A DNA stretch of 60,530 nucleotides, the filler included, from Aduncisulcus paluster (taxonomy: Eukaryota): assembly GCA_024181965.1 (NCBI GenBank). It is 5 parts of 5 records of this genome, joined end to end, with 100 filler letters (N's around TTAATTAATTAA, not from the genome) between each part and the next. Parts side by side here need not be neighbours in the genome. Positions count along the whole stretch, not along the records: positions 10,464 to 29,934 come from BQXS01010827.1; positions 30,035 to 39,666 come from BQXS01010828.1; 3 more parts are not named here. One strand, written 5' to 3'. Of this stretch, positions 22,191 to 32,626 are shown piece after piece (the first letter of the stretch is position 1; each line of letters starts with the position of its first letter). The notes below the pieces were generated by a model. That model was not told the DNA's origin, made no database searches, and saw only the letters and a program-made list of their open reading frames with translations. Made by a program: the position numbers and the translations under genes.

Positions 22191-25100
22191 TTACTTCAAA
22201 AGGGGACCATTTTTCTTCTTTTTCGTTCTTTTTATCTTCCTTTTTGAATGTGTCTTCAAGGAATTTTGAGTTGGAGATATCGTTTCTATTGACAACATTC
22301 CATCAACCGACCCATCAGGATCTAGTTGTCGAGCTGATTTTTGCTTTGATTTCTTTCTTCTTCTTACTATTACTTTTCTTCTTCTCTTCACTGATACGTG
22401 AGATTTCTCCACTTCCTCTTCTTTATCTTCTTGAGGAACTATAACATAATCATCGTCATTTTCATCGTTCATTGGAGAAGCAAGAGAAGGGGAAGAAATA
22501 ATATCAGAACGCACAATCTCTTCATCTTCATCCAATCCATGATCATTTTGATTTTCAAACGAACGGTCGATTTCTTCTACTTCATTTTTGGACTTCTTCT
22601 TCTTGATACACACAAAATAAACAATAAAGTCGATAAATACAAAAACAGAAATGAGAATAATAACAATAATAACAAATATTGAAGTATTTGAATATTCCAT
22701 ATCGCAATTTGATCCAATCCATCCTTCATTACATCCACAAGAATACTCACCATCATTTTCGACACACAAACCATTATTCGAACAGAGATTATCTATCCCA
22801 CAGGAAAGAATAGAGCATGATTTTACCATTTCAACAGAATCATACCGACCACTCCACCCAGTTTCACACATACATGTTGCCTTAAGTGTTGAAGATATCA
22901 ACTGACAAGAACCATGACTAGATTCGTCGATTCCACATTCAACGCAAGCAATATCATTTCCATCAATATCACAATAGTCAGGATGAGTGGCAGGATCAAT
23001 GCAAATTCCCAAAATAGATTCTTTGAGAAATCCATTCAAAGAACATCCACAAGTACCATCATCTTGCAGAAGATATTCAAAATTACCAGAAACCTCTGCA
23101 TAATCTTTCCCACAAATATAATCAACTGCGACATCGTTCTCAATTAATGTGATGACTGGAACTTGAATATCACATGATGATCCATTCCATCCAGCATCGC
23201 AGATACATTGCAGAGAATCGTTATCATAGATCCAGTGGCCATTAACACATGAAGAAGACTCATAATATTGACAATATGATCCATAAAATCCATCGGAACA
23301 AACACATTTATGCTCAGAAATGTCACAATACCCTTGAATATTACCACTACATTCCACAGAATCTGCATCAACTGGACATGGTGCTTCACATGTCAAACCA
23401 TACCATCCATCATTACAAACACATTCAAAGGACTCCAACTCCTCTGTCATGGAACAAGTTCCTCTTTCTCCTCCACATTCAGTACAAACAGAATGCTGAA
23501 CTGCCTCACAATTATCTTGAGAAACAATATATCCGCTCCCACATAAACACTGAATATTGTCATCATCATTACTGAGAAAATTAGGACCACATACAAGGTG
23601 ATCTGTTTGGTAATCACATCCATATATTGAAGATCCACAAGAATCAGTTGACTTTTGGTCATCAAAAACAACATCAATGTTAGAATTATCAAGATCGTTA
23701 AGACACATATTGTTAAGTGTTTCGAAACACTCAGAATTAGTCCCACACTGAATTCTATTTTTCGAAACATCAATATACTGAACAGGAAGCTCGTCAATGA
23801 ACATTTGAACAAGAATGATATCGGATATTTCATTATTACTTAAATTTACATCCACCAACCCACTGAACGCTGGCAAAAGACTAATAATGGAGGGATCTCG
23901 CATAAGAGTTGAGGACAAGGATAAGTGAGTAAGAGAAGACGAGAGGGGATGATATGATCCACTTCCTGGATTAAAACAATCGCCAAAGCATTTAGAAAAG
24001 TCATGAATGATAGATATATTCTCAGATAGAGAAGGAATACTCAAAGAAGACGTATTATCGAGAATTAAAATACGAAGTGAGCACAATCCAATACAAATTG
24101 AAGATGAAACTAATTCAATATCAATCGAATTCTTGATTTCATTCACTCCTTCAATCAAGGATGTAAGAAGGTCGTGAGAAAGTGATGGACAATCATCAAT
24201 TGAGAGGAAATACAAGGAAGAGAGTGAGGAGAGAGGTTGCAAAGAGGAAAGAACTTCATTTCCGGGTTCAAATTCCAAAAATTCAAGAGATTCACAGAAT
24301 TCAATTCCATTTAAATCATCAACGGAAGAAGGAATCAAAAGATGAGTAAGAGAAGAGACATGAGAAATGGTCAAAGATGATATTTGTTCCAAATTACATG
24401 TCGTTGAATGATACTCATCACACATTGAAACAAGAAGATCATTGCTCATGTCAAGGGAAGACATTAAAACATTATCATATGAACACACAGATCCTGTCTT
24501 TCCATCAGTACCACACTCACATCTATGAGAATCATAATTACATTCGTTATTATCCTCACTAGAGCCACATACTCGACCATAGATATCAACTGGGCATGGA
24601 CTCTGACAATCATCTCCATACCACCCTTCCATACAAATTATACCAACAGATTGGACGAATATAATTTCATTTCCATTAATGCATCGGAAGTATCTTGACA
24701 TACATTCGTCAAGGATGGATTCTTTTTCAATCGGAATGCAAGAAAGATCAGATTTAGCAAGACTCACATCTCTGAATGAATTGTTGGCACATCCAAGCTC
24801 AAAAAATATCATTGAATCATCGATTCCGACGTAATGGCAAACTTGATGCAAAGAATCGGAGTCAAAAGGGTTGGGACACTCAATTTGATCGGTTGTCAAT
24901 GGCATAGTCTGGTCTGAGATGAAGAGAGTTCCAGAGATTATTGCATTTGGAAATATTGAAGATAGTTGGTCAATAGACACTGCTCCTAGGTAATTATTGT
25001 CTAAATTTAGGCTTACGATATTCTCAGAATATAAAAAAAGGGGAGATAAATCAGTTATAACGTTATTGCTAAGGTCAAGATTAACAAGAAACGGGTAAAA

Positions 25101-28100
25101 ATACAGAGGTTTTATACATGTAATAGCATTGTTGCTGATATTGATAGAGAGAAGAGTTGAAGAAGAAGAGGAAAAATCAGGAATTTCTGTTAATCCACAA
25201 TTCGAGATAGAAACATGTGATAAATTGCAAAAACTTCCAAATAAATCCTCATTTTCTCCAACATTTGAGAATAAATTAATGCAAGAATCAAGTATTATAA
25301 CTTGAAGAGAATATCTACTATTATACAACTCAGAGACAATTCTTGAAATACTGGTATTAGAAATATCAATACTTGATATATTGGATAGGTTTGATAGAGG
25401 CGAAATATCAGTCACATTTGTTCCAGAAATATCAAGAATGGACAAGTTAACAAAGGATTCCAACATAGAAATATCTACAAGATCAGGGTTTACACTAAGA
25501 TCAAGAACAGAGAGTGAATTTCTCAAGAAGAAAAGTTCAGAAATATCAGTAATATTGCTATTACTCAAATTTATAGATGTCACTTGGGTTGCAAATCTCA
25601 AACCTTGAAAATTACTGGTTTCCATATTGGACAAATCTAAGCTTTCGGACAACGTGTTCATTTCTTTTGGCGTGATTAAGCAGTCCGGATCCTTTTCCAA
25701 TATATCACAAAGACGATTCAAGAAAGAATTGTTCACAAAATCAACATATTGACACGCATCTCCATTCAATGCTTCATAACACTCACAGAGATGAGTATCA
25801 GTGTTACATTGGCCATGATATGCATCAAGTCCACACATTTCAGTGATTTCTGCATCATTTGTATCGAAAGGACACTCATTAGCACAATCATCACCATACC
25901 AAGTATCTTCACAAATGCACAAAGAAACTTCTTCCTCAATATAGGCATCGAGAATGTCATTGAATGAGTATTTTAGTTGTGTAGAACAGGTTCCGTGATC
26001 ATTACACTGCTTTACATGATCACATGAAAGCTGACAAGCTGACCCAAGATATCCTTCCTCGCAAATACATTTCTTTGAGACATAATCGCAGATTCCATGC
26101 ACACTACCACTACATATAAGGTTATTATCTCCATTAGGACACAATGAAGTGCAATTATCTCCATACCATCCATCATAACACTCACAATCGATACTATCAT
26201 CCCCATTATTAATGATACATTCACCTCGAACACCTCCACATTCCATACACACAGAATCTATGGGAAAAGTACATGTCGAATCTTTGGAATAAGTTCCAGC
26301 CATACAAGAACAAGTATTGTCGGATACATTGGCCCATGGGGAACACACTTCGAGATTATCCTCAAAATCACACACAGATCCATTTGAACCGCAGGAAGAA
26401 GAAGAGTCCAATTGATATGAAGCATGTAACTCCAGTCCAGAGATATCAATTCCAAGCTCTTTCGTGGCTAAATCCTCAAAATAACTTATACAGGATGCAC
26501 AAGGAAGATAGTTTGAGTCAATTTGTAAAAATTCAAGATAATTTAAGGAAGATACCAATGGAATTATCAATCCAATATCAGAAATATGATTGTTTTGTAA
26601 TAATATCTGCTCAATATTTTCAAATGCTGGATAAACAATAAAAACACTTGGATCAACCAAACCAATATTGATCGAGGAGATAGTCTTCAATGAAGTGGCA
26701 ATATTTTGGGCAGAACTCGAAAATAGAGGATCATACCATTGAGAAAGATAATTAAAATATCCAAAAAAATCATATTCATTGATTTCATTTATACTATCAG
26801 CAATCACAATTCCAGTTAATGAACAAAGGCCCAAACATATAGGAATTGTCGAAGCATTGATATTACCATTCTCAAACTGTAAATTCAGCAACTCATAACC
26901 AGATTTCAGAGTTTCTAAGTGGCTAATTGACAGATTATCGGGGAAAACGATTGTGATAAGGTTTGAAAGACTAAATATTGGAGAAAAATCAGTGACAGAT
27001 GTATTATTTTCGAATATTAACAGCTCTAGTCTTTCACAATATTCCAATCCAACCAAGGATTCAATCGAAGATGGAATAGTAAGCTCGACTATATTTGCAG
27101 CTTCACAAGATCCAAAGGAAACCAAAACAGTCTCGTCACATGGTGAACCAAAATATGAAGTACACATGGCTTGTAGAAGATCACTATGAATATCCTCAAC
27201 ATCGGCCATATTAACATCAGTTATGGAGCACAATTCTCCACACAAACCTGATGGACACTCACATCGATGACTTATCGAATTACATGAATAAGAACCGGCA
27301 CAAGTGAATCCGTAATCATCTAAAGGACATAACTCCAGACATTCTTCTCCATAATAACCGGATGAACAGCGTGTTTGGATGGAATTATTCGAATAATACA
27401 CAGAAAAACAATCATATAAAGGAAACATGCATTGGTGTCTTATTAAAAGATCTATTTCACTATCAAATCGATGACAAGATATTCCATTTTCATTAATTAT
27501 GCGCACAGAATTGGGAGAACATGCCAATTCCACAATAGGAATATTATCATCGAATCCTAAAAGCTGACATATAAGAAGATTTGTCATGGGATTAGGGCAA
27601 TTAATTCCGGAAGATGAGATTATGGGTTGGTTTTGAGCTCCAAGAGAAGCCTCTTGTGAATATCCCTCGATTTCAATATCTGGAAAGAAAAGGAACAAAT
27701 CTTCAAAAGATAATTCATCGCCGAGGTAATTGCCACGAATATCAAGCCAATCCAACTGGTCTGCGATGTCATATAAATATACCAAATCATAAATATTATT
27801 GTATGAAATATCTAAGAGCTGGAGAGAGGATAATGAGAGGAGTGGATACAAACTATTTATAGAATTGTGAGAGATATCAAGTTGAATAAGGGAGCTGAAG
27901 AATTCCAAGTTTGAAATGGAAGTAATATCATTGTTTGAAAAATTCAAAATGGATAAATTTGTGAGACAAGACAAGCCATTCAGATTTGATATTGTATTAT
28001 CCGAAAGATCGAGCTCTTGTAATGTATTTGAGAGAGAACAAATGTTGGGAATTGAAGATAAATCACATGATTTGAGAAATAATGTCTCAATAAGTGATAA

Positions 28101-29933
28101 ATTATTTAGGGAATCAATACAATTTGAATCCAAAGAATTTTGAGAAACATCGAGATACCTTAGAGAATTCGACAGGGAGGTAATAAGAGAAGGAAGATTC
28201 GAGATATCAGATATCTGAGATATAGATAATTCAGAGAGGTTTTTGAGGGAACCCAAAATAGAAATATCAGCGATATTCTGTGAGTTGGAAACATCCAATT
28301 TAGATAGGTTTGGAATTGTATCAATACTTGTTAAATCAACTAATTGTTCACAATTTGAGATGGAAAGTTCTTCAAGGTATATAGCAAATTCCATTCCAAC
28401 AAAATTACCTTCTATCAAAGAACCACTAATGTCGATAGAAAATGGCAAATATTTCATATCATTCGGAGTCAGAGAGCATGCTTCATCTTTCATTAGAATA
28501 CCACAAAGAATCGACTGCAATACAGTGTCATCAAAATATACGTACTCACATGCATCTCCATAGTACTTGTCAGGACATTCGCATTCATGAAGAATACAAT
28601 TTCCAACGCCCCCACATAGCTTTCCAACAGAGAAAGGGCACTCATCTTCACAAGTATCTCCGTACCAACCTTTTTTGCACAATGATACGACTTCTGTCTC
28701 ATTGAGGGGAATAGCACATTGGATATTATCGTATTTCTCCACATCATCGATGCAAGATGGGATACCATAAAAAAGATCAATCATTGTACATTCATTGGTG
28801 TTATTGTCATTAATACTGAAAAATGGACACTCGGACCGATATGAACCAAGATAATCGACATATTCACATATTTCATTATCTTCAACAATGTCAACTTCAC
28901 AAATGTTACAATATGCAGGAGAATTATTTGAAATATCAATTGTTGTCAATAACGGGAGAAAAGTTGAGAAATAAACAAGACCGTCAATATTACTGGTGCA
29001 TATCGCATTATAAGATAAATTTAGAGATAAGAGAGATGATCTAAGATCATACAAATGAGATGGATCCTGGATACAATTGTATGATAAATCCAATTCTGTT
29101 ATAGCTCCCCAAACAGTATCATGGAGATGAGAATCGGTTAATGCTAGACGTTGAAGAATCAAAACATCCAAATTTGGAAAAGAGGACATGAAATTCAACG
29201 AAGATATTTGAGTACTGGAAATATCCAGCTTAGTCAAGCTTGAAGAATCATCGCATACTGGCTCAGGAAGCTGATAAAGAGAAGAATGTCCAACCAGATA
29301 GAGCTCCTCAAGAGTACAAATAACTGGAAGTAACGGTGAATAATCCGTAATATTTGCATCTATTGAAGATAAATTTAAATAATTAAGGTTTGACAGATAG
29401 GAAATCCCATCAATGGAAGAAAATGGATGGGAAACGTTGGAAAGATCAAGTTTTTCAAGATTAATGAGGAATTCAATTCCACTCAATTCAGATAATTCAC
29501 TAGATGAGGAAGAGCATGATAAACTCACAATATTTGTGATAATTTGAAGATTGGCAGGGTTAATAATAAAATCAATTCCAGATAATATCCCCATATCAGC
29601 ACGAAGTTGTTCGAAAATAATCTCTCGCAAACACTCATCTTCAATTATATTCCGGCATTCACCTTGTGAAGAATCTTCAAGAGGTTTACATACTTGCATT
29701 TGCTGTGCTGAACATCCAATATCACAAGAATAAGACTCGGAAGTAGGAATAATACATTCAAACAAATCTGTTGAATCGGGATCGAAATGAGTGTACGAAA
29801 CGCTAGCGCACACAAAATCCGATGGAAAGGCTGAATCAAAGGAAATATAATCCATGCATATCAAATTATTGAGTAAAATCACATCAGAATACATGGAAGA
29901 GTTTTCACAGTTACAAGAATTATCCGAAAAATC
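22191..29933 (-). CDS. Giant LRR + EGF-like repeat type I membrane protein (>2580 aa; 5' truncated at contig end)
   Basis: Blocks of LxxLxLSxNxIxD repeats alternate with CxCxxGWYGxxC EGF-like units. C-terminal TM IFVIIVIILISVFVFIDFIVYFVCI followed by KKKK. The frame is open up to the linker. Confidence 0.92.
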   Translation of the reverse strand, partial: DFSDNSCNCENSSMYSDVILLNNLICMDYISFDSAFPSDFVCASVSYTHFDPDSTDLFECIIPTSESYSCDIGCSAQQMQVCKPLEDSSQGECRNIIEDECLREIIFEQLRADMGILSGIDFIINPANLQIITNIVSLSCSSSSSELSELSGIEFLINLEKLDLSNVSHPFSSIDGISYLSNLNYLNLSSIDANITDYSPLLPVICTLEELYLVGHSSLYQLPEPVCDDSSSLTKLDISSTQISSLNFMSSFPNLDVLILQRLALTDSHLHDTVWGAITELDLSYNCIQDPSHLYDLRSSLLSLNLSYNAICTSNIDGLVYFSTFLPLLTTIDISNNSPAYCNICEVDIVEDNEICEYVDYLGSYRSECPFFSINDNNTNECTMIDLFYGIPSCIDDVEKYDNIQCAIPLNETEVVSLCKKGWYGDTCEDECPFSVGKLCGGVGNCILHECECPDKYYGDACEYVYFDDTVLQSILCGILMKDEACSLTPNDMKYLPFSIDISGSLIEGNFVGMEFAIYLEELSISNCEQLVDLTSIDTIPNLSKLDVSNSQNIADISILGSLKNLSELSISQISDISNLPSLITSLSNSLRYLDVSQNSLDSNCIDSLNNLSLIETLFLKSCDLSSIPNICSLSNTLQELDLSDNTISNLNGLSCLTNLSILNFSNNDITSISNLEFFSSLIQLDISHNSINSLYPLLSLSSLQLLDISYNNIYDLVYLYDIADQLDWLDIRGNYLGDELSFEDLFLFFPDIEIEGYSQEASLGAQNQPIISSSGINCPNPMTNLLICQLLGFDDNIPIVELACSPNSVRIINENGISCHRFDSEIDLLIRHQCMFPLYDCFSVYYSNNSIQTRCSSGYYGEECLELCPLDDYGFTCAGSYSCNSISHRCECPSGLCGELCSITDVNMADVEDIHSDLLQAMCTSYFGSPCDETVLVSFGSCEAANIVELTIPSSIESLVGLEYCERLELLIFENNTSVTDFSPIFSLSNLITIVFPDNLSISHLETLKSGYELLNLQFENGNINASTIPICLGLCSLTGIVIADSINEINEYDFFGYFNYLSQWYDPLFSSSAQNIATSLKTISSINIGLVDPSVFIVYPAFENIEQILLQNNHISDIGLIIPLVSSLNYLEFLQIDSNYLPCASCISYFEDLATKELGIDISGLELHASYQLDSSSSCGSNGSVCDFEDNLEVCSPWANVSDNTCSCMAGTYSKDSTCTFPIDSVCMECGGVRGECIINNGDDSIDCECYDGWYGDNCTSLCPNGDNNLICSGSVHGICDYVSKKCICEEGYLGSACQLSCDHVKQCNDHGTCSTQLKYSFNDILDAYIEEEVSLCICEDTWYGDDCANECPFDTNDAEITEMCGLDAYHGQCNTDTHLCECYEALNGDACQYVDFVNNSFLNRLCDILEKDPDCLITPKEMNTLSESLDLSNMETSNFQGLRFATQVTSINLSNSNITDISELFFLRNSLSVLDLSVNPDLVDISMLESFVNLSILDISGTNVTDISPLSNLSNISSIDISNTSISRIVSELYNSRYSLQVIILDSCINLFSNVGENEDLFGSFCNLSHVSISNCGLTEIPDFSSSSSTLLSINISNNAITCIKPLYFYPFLVNLDLSNNVITDLSPLFLYSENIVSLNLDNNYLGAVSIDQLSSIFPNAIISGTLFISDQTMPLTTDQIECPNPFDSDSLHQVCHYVGIDDSMIFFELGCANNSFRDVSLAKSDLSCIPIEKESILDECMSRYFRCINGNEIIFVQSVGIICMEGWYGDDCQSPCPVDIYGRVCGSSEDNNECNYDSHRCECGTDGKTGSVCSYDNVLMSSLDMSNDLLVSMCDEYHSTTCNLEQISSLTISHVSSLTHLLIPSSVDDLNGIEFCESLEFLEFEPGNEVLSSLQPLSSLSSLYFLSIDDCPSLSHDLLTSLIEGVNEIKNSIDIELVSSSICIGLCSLRILILDNTSSLSIPSLSENISIIHDFSKCFGDCFNPGSGSYHPLSSSLTHLSLSSTLMRDPSIISLLPAFSGLVDVNLSNNEISDIILVQMFIDELPVQYIDVSKNRIQCGTNSECFETLNNMCLNDLDNSNIDVVFDDQKSTDSCGSSIYGCDYQTDHLVCGPNFLSNDDDNIQCLCGSGYIVSQDNCEAVQHSVCTECGGERGTCSMTEELESFECVCNDGWYGLTCEAPCPVDADSVECSGNIQGYCDISEHKCVCSDGFYGSYCQYYESSSCVNGHWIYDNDSLQCICDAGWNGSSCDIQVPVITLIENDVAVDYICGKDYAEVSGNFEYLLQDDGTCGCSLNGFLKESILGICIDPATHPDYCDIDGNDIACVECGIDESSHGSCQLISSTLKATCMCETGWSGRYDSVEMVKSCSILSCGIDNLCSNNGLCVENDGEYSCGCNEGWIGSNCDMEYSNTSIFVIIVIILISVFVFIDFIVYFVCIKKKKSKNEVEEIDRSFENQNDHGLDEDEEIVRSDIISSPSLASPMNDENDDDYVIVPQEDKEEEVEKSHVSVKRRRKVIVRRRKKSKQKSARQLDPDGSVDGMLSIETISPTQNSLKTHSKRKIKRTKKKKNGPLLK

Positions 29934-29934
29934 A

Positions 29935-30034
29935 NNNNNNNNNNNNNNNNNNNNNNNNNNNNNNNNNNNNNNNNNNNNTTAATTAATTAANNNNNNNNNN
30001 NNNNNNNNNNNNNNNNNNNNNNNNNNNNNNNNNN
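29935..30034. other. Artificial contig linker
   Basis: 44 N + TTAATTAATTAA + 44 N. Confidence 0.98.
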
Positions 30035-30460
30035 ATCAAAAAAGTACTTAGTGATGATGCTGAGTACCATAAATTTTTAGCAAAGCAACCTCAAATCATA
30101 GAATTATTAACAGATTTGGAGAAAGCTGAAAAAGAACCTTTCCAAGCCGCCTCCAAAGTTATGGCAGAAATTGACTCCTTTGAATCCTTGAGACAAATGG
30201 TTCTCAAACAAAGAGAACTTGTTAAGAGCACTGCTGCTGAACTTGCTGCCCTTTCTACACCAAAGGTTGAAGAAAAAGCCAACATTAAAGACGCCCTCGA
30301 AACAATCAAAAGGAAATCTCTTGCTCTTCAAAAGGAAGCCCAAAAGAAAATGGAATCCCTTGACGCAAATCTTATCCAAGCCACGAAGGATTTCTTGTTC
30401 TGTGCTCAAATCCGGAATATGTGCAATCTATGCCTCGATATTGTGAGCAAAATGCACTAA
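30035..30460 (+). CDS. Coiled-coil protein, 3' fragment
   Basis: Frame open from contig start (IKKVLSDDAEY...) into ORF 30116-30460; K/E/A/L heptads. Confidence 0.7.
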   Translation: MKKVLSDDAEYHKFLAKQPQIIELLTDLEKAEKEPFQAASKVMAEIDSFESLRQMVLKQRELVKSTAAELAALSTPKVEEKANIKDALETIKRKSLALQKEAQKKMESLDANLIQATKDFLFCAQIRNMCNLCLDIVSKMH

Positions 30461-30574
30461 TCTCTGGCTTATATTGTTTAATTGCGTTTTATTTTTTTCT
30501 GAAATAAATGTGTTTGTTTGAGAAATCACTAATACCGCATCTGACAAAATATCGACATTTTTTTGTGTCATATC

Positions 30575-30960
30575 CAGGAAGTTCTCACCAAATATTCAAA
30601 AATGACATTTGAAAAGTGGAAATTGGTTATCCTATCTGTTGTATTGTGTGAGATTTAATCTCACAGAGATTATACTGAATATAGATGACCCCAAACAGGA
30701 TAACTCGGTTAAAGATATATAACACTCGGTCATTGATCCGAATAACATTGATAATCACGTAATCAACAACAATGTTTGCTAAAAATAAGTTCTCATTCCT
30801 CAGATCCGACGGTACCAATGGAGTCAACAGCATCAGTTCTTGAGTAAAATGATATTTTAGTAAAATAAGTTCTCATCAGCATACAACACAACTCCTGTTC
30901 TGATATAATACAGTATCTCCAAGAACCTACCATTGGCGACTCTATCACCTTGGAAACATT
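30575..30960 (-). ncRNA. Candidate cluster of small structured RNAs, or a structured 3' UTR
   Basis: About seven hairpins in series; TGAGAACT directly follows three of them; G-U pairs favour the minus strand. Folded by eye only. Confidence 0.45.
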
Positions 30961-30969
30961 AAGATATTT

Positions 30970-32382
30970 TTAGATTTCTTTGCTGAGAGTTCCCCTTTCT
31001 TTCTCAAGTTGTGTAAATGAATATTTTTGGTACTGTTCCCACCTCGAACACACTCCCATGGAGCATTCAAAGTTTGTCATGTCCAAAAATATGTTAATAT
31101 CAGGAGTAACCCTAAATTGTATCTTCGTGTCAACGTGAACAAGAACGAAGCTCGGATCACGCTTAACAGGTTCCTCTCGACGAGTCTTATCTGTTACTAG
31201 TATCTCTTCTCCCTCTTTCTCAGAAGTGACTTTCAATTTCTCAGTCTCTTTTGGCGATGGAAATCCTTCTCCTTCATCAGGATGAGTCAAATCAGATCCA
31301 GTGAGAGCTAATTGCTGGGCAGACACGCCATATACTTGCAAAATATCTTTGATGGCTTGTTCTTTAATCGCAATACACTCCGGTTTTCCATATTTAGAGT
31401 TGTTTCTCACCTTAATACTCACATCAAAAGTGAAGGTTGGCTTACATTTCTTCTTACTCTTCCCACTTGCAGAACTCATACTCTCACCATCAACATGCTC
31501 CACTTTTTCTTCAGATTCTATTTTTATACAATCTTTCTTCTCATCTTCCTGGATTCTTCTCGTTAACACCCGCTGGATAACACCTTCTTCACCTTCAATG
31601 CCTTCAGAGCCACACATCACGTTTCTAAACATATTGGTTATTATATCAGAGTTTCCAGAGGTAATACGAGCTGTGGCATGAATGGGCATACATTTTGCCA
31701 ATAATTTAGGTGAGTATTCACCACTTAAGACACTAGCACACAACTGACAACAGATAGCATCAGCATCAATGTCAGAAATATCAATAATAGGTATATAGAG
31801 ATCCTTTGAACTCGTGACAGCTGTAATATCTTCTGATTCCTTTGTAATCTCAGAAGTTTGTTCTTCCCAATTTGGGTTTGGAGGAATAGTAGCTTCATCC
31901 TTAACATGGTCATATTTCTCACTTTTCATAACTTCATCATCCATTTCTTTTGATTCTGGACCATTGTCGATCGAAGTAACAGTAGATGGTCGTTTGGAAG
32001 AAGAAATCTCCTTTTCCCAACCAATAAAAGTCATCCCTCTGGTTTTAAGTTCTGCTTTAGTAAGCATCTTGCTTATACGGGATGTTTCTGAGAATTCTGA
32101 CGCAATATCAGATAACAAAGAAGATGATGACACATGAGGATGAGAGTCCTCGACTTTGGGCATTATGGTTTCAGTTTCTTTATGAATGGCATTGTATCGT
32201 TCAATAAAATCCGTGTTTGTCCGAATGCATCGATATCCTTCAATAGTTATCTCTTTTGAAAAGCTGGAATGTGTGAAGAACAATATCCCTCCTTTATAAA
32301 GATGGATTGCATTTTTCCCTCCTGAGGAAGCTCTAGGATTAAATTTATGCCAGTTACTCGAACCTATTCTCCTCTTTCCCAT
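30970..32382 (-). CDS. THUMP-domain protein (THUMPD1/Tan1-like)
   Basis: KCMPIHATA, TFDVSIKVRNN and TPDINIFLDM...CSMGV..WEQYQKYS match the THUMPD1 motif order, with acidic insertions. Confidence 0.65.
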   Translation of the reverse strand: MGKRRIGSSNWHKFNPRASSGGKNAIHLYKGGILFFTHSSFSKEITIEGYRCIRTNTDFIERYNAIHKETETIMPKVEDSHPHVSSSSLLSDIASEFSETSRISKMLTKAELKTRGMTFIGWEKEISSSKRPSTVTSIDNGPESKEMDDEVMKSEKYDHVKDEATIPPNPNWEEQTSEITKESEDITAVTSSKDLYIPIIDISDIDADAICCQLCASVLSGEYSPKLLAKCMPIHATARITSGNSDIITNMFRNVMCGSEGIEGEEGVIQRVLTRRIQEDEKKDCIKIESEEKVEHVDGESMSSASGKSKKKCKPTFTFDVSIKVRNNSKYGKPECIAIKEQAIKDILQVYGVSAQQLALTGSDLTHPDEGEGFPSPKETEKLKVTSEKEGEEILVTDKTRREEPVKRDPSFVLVHVDTKIQFRVTPDINIFLDMTNFECSMGVCSRWEQYQKYSFTQLEKERGTLSKEI

Positions 32383-32626
32383 CTCAAGAGCAGAAAAAAA
32401 TACATTTCTCGATACAGAAGTGAAATATCAATTTGTTCATAAAATTAGTTTTAATTGAAGCAATAAATCAGATATTATTTTGTATTTATTTAATTAACTG
32501 TTCATAGGCAGAACAAGACACAATTCAATCTAGATTCATTCTATTATACTCTGAAATCATCTTTGAATGTTAAAGTTCATTTACCCTCAGCCAACGTCAA
32601 TAATTATCATCTTTTTGCTCATAATA

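Noticed and set aside
22244-29839. Many short antisense or alternate-frame ORFs inside long genes (also in dynein, sirtuin and TBC genes)
   Set aside because: Shadow ORFs from codon bias and low complexity; no independent motifs.
30579-30876. CRISPR-like repeat-spacer array, and the 68-aa ORF 30627-30833
   Set aside because: Repeats are only 9-15 nt with irregular spacing, the context is eukaryotic with no cas genes, and the ORF has no recognisable features.
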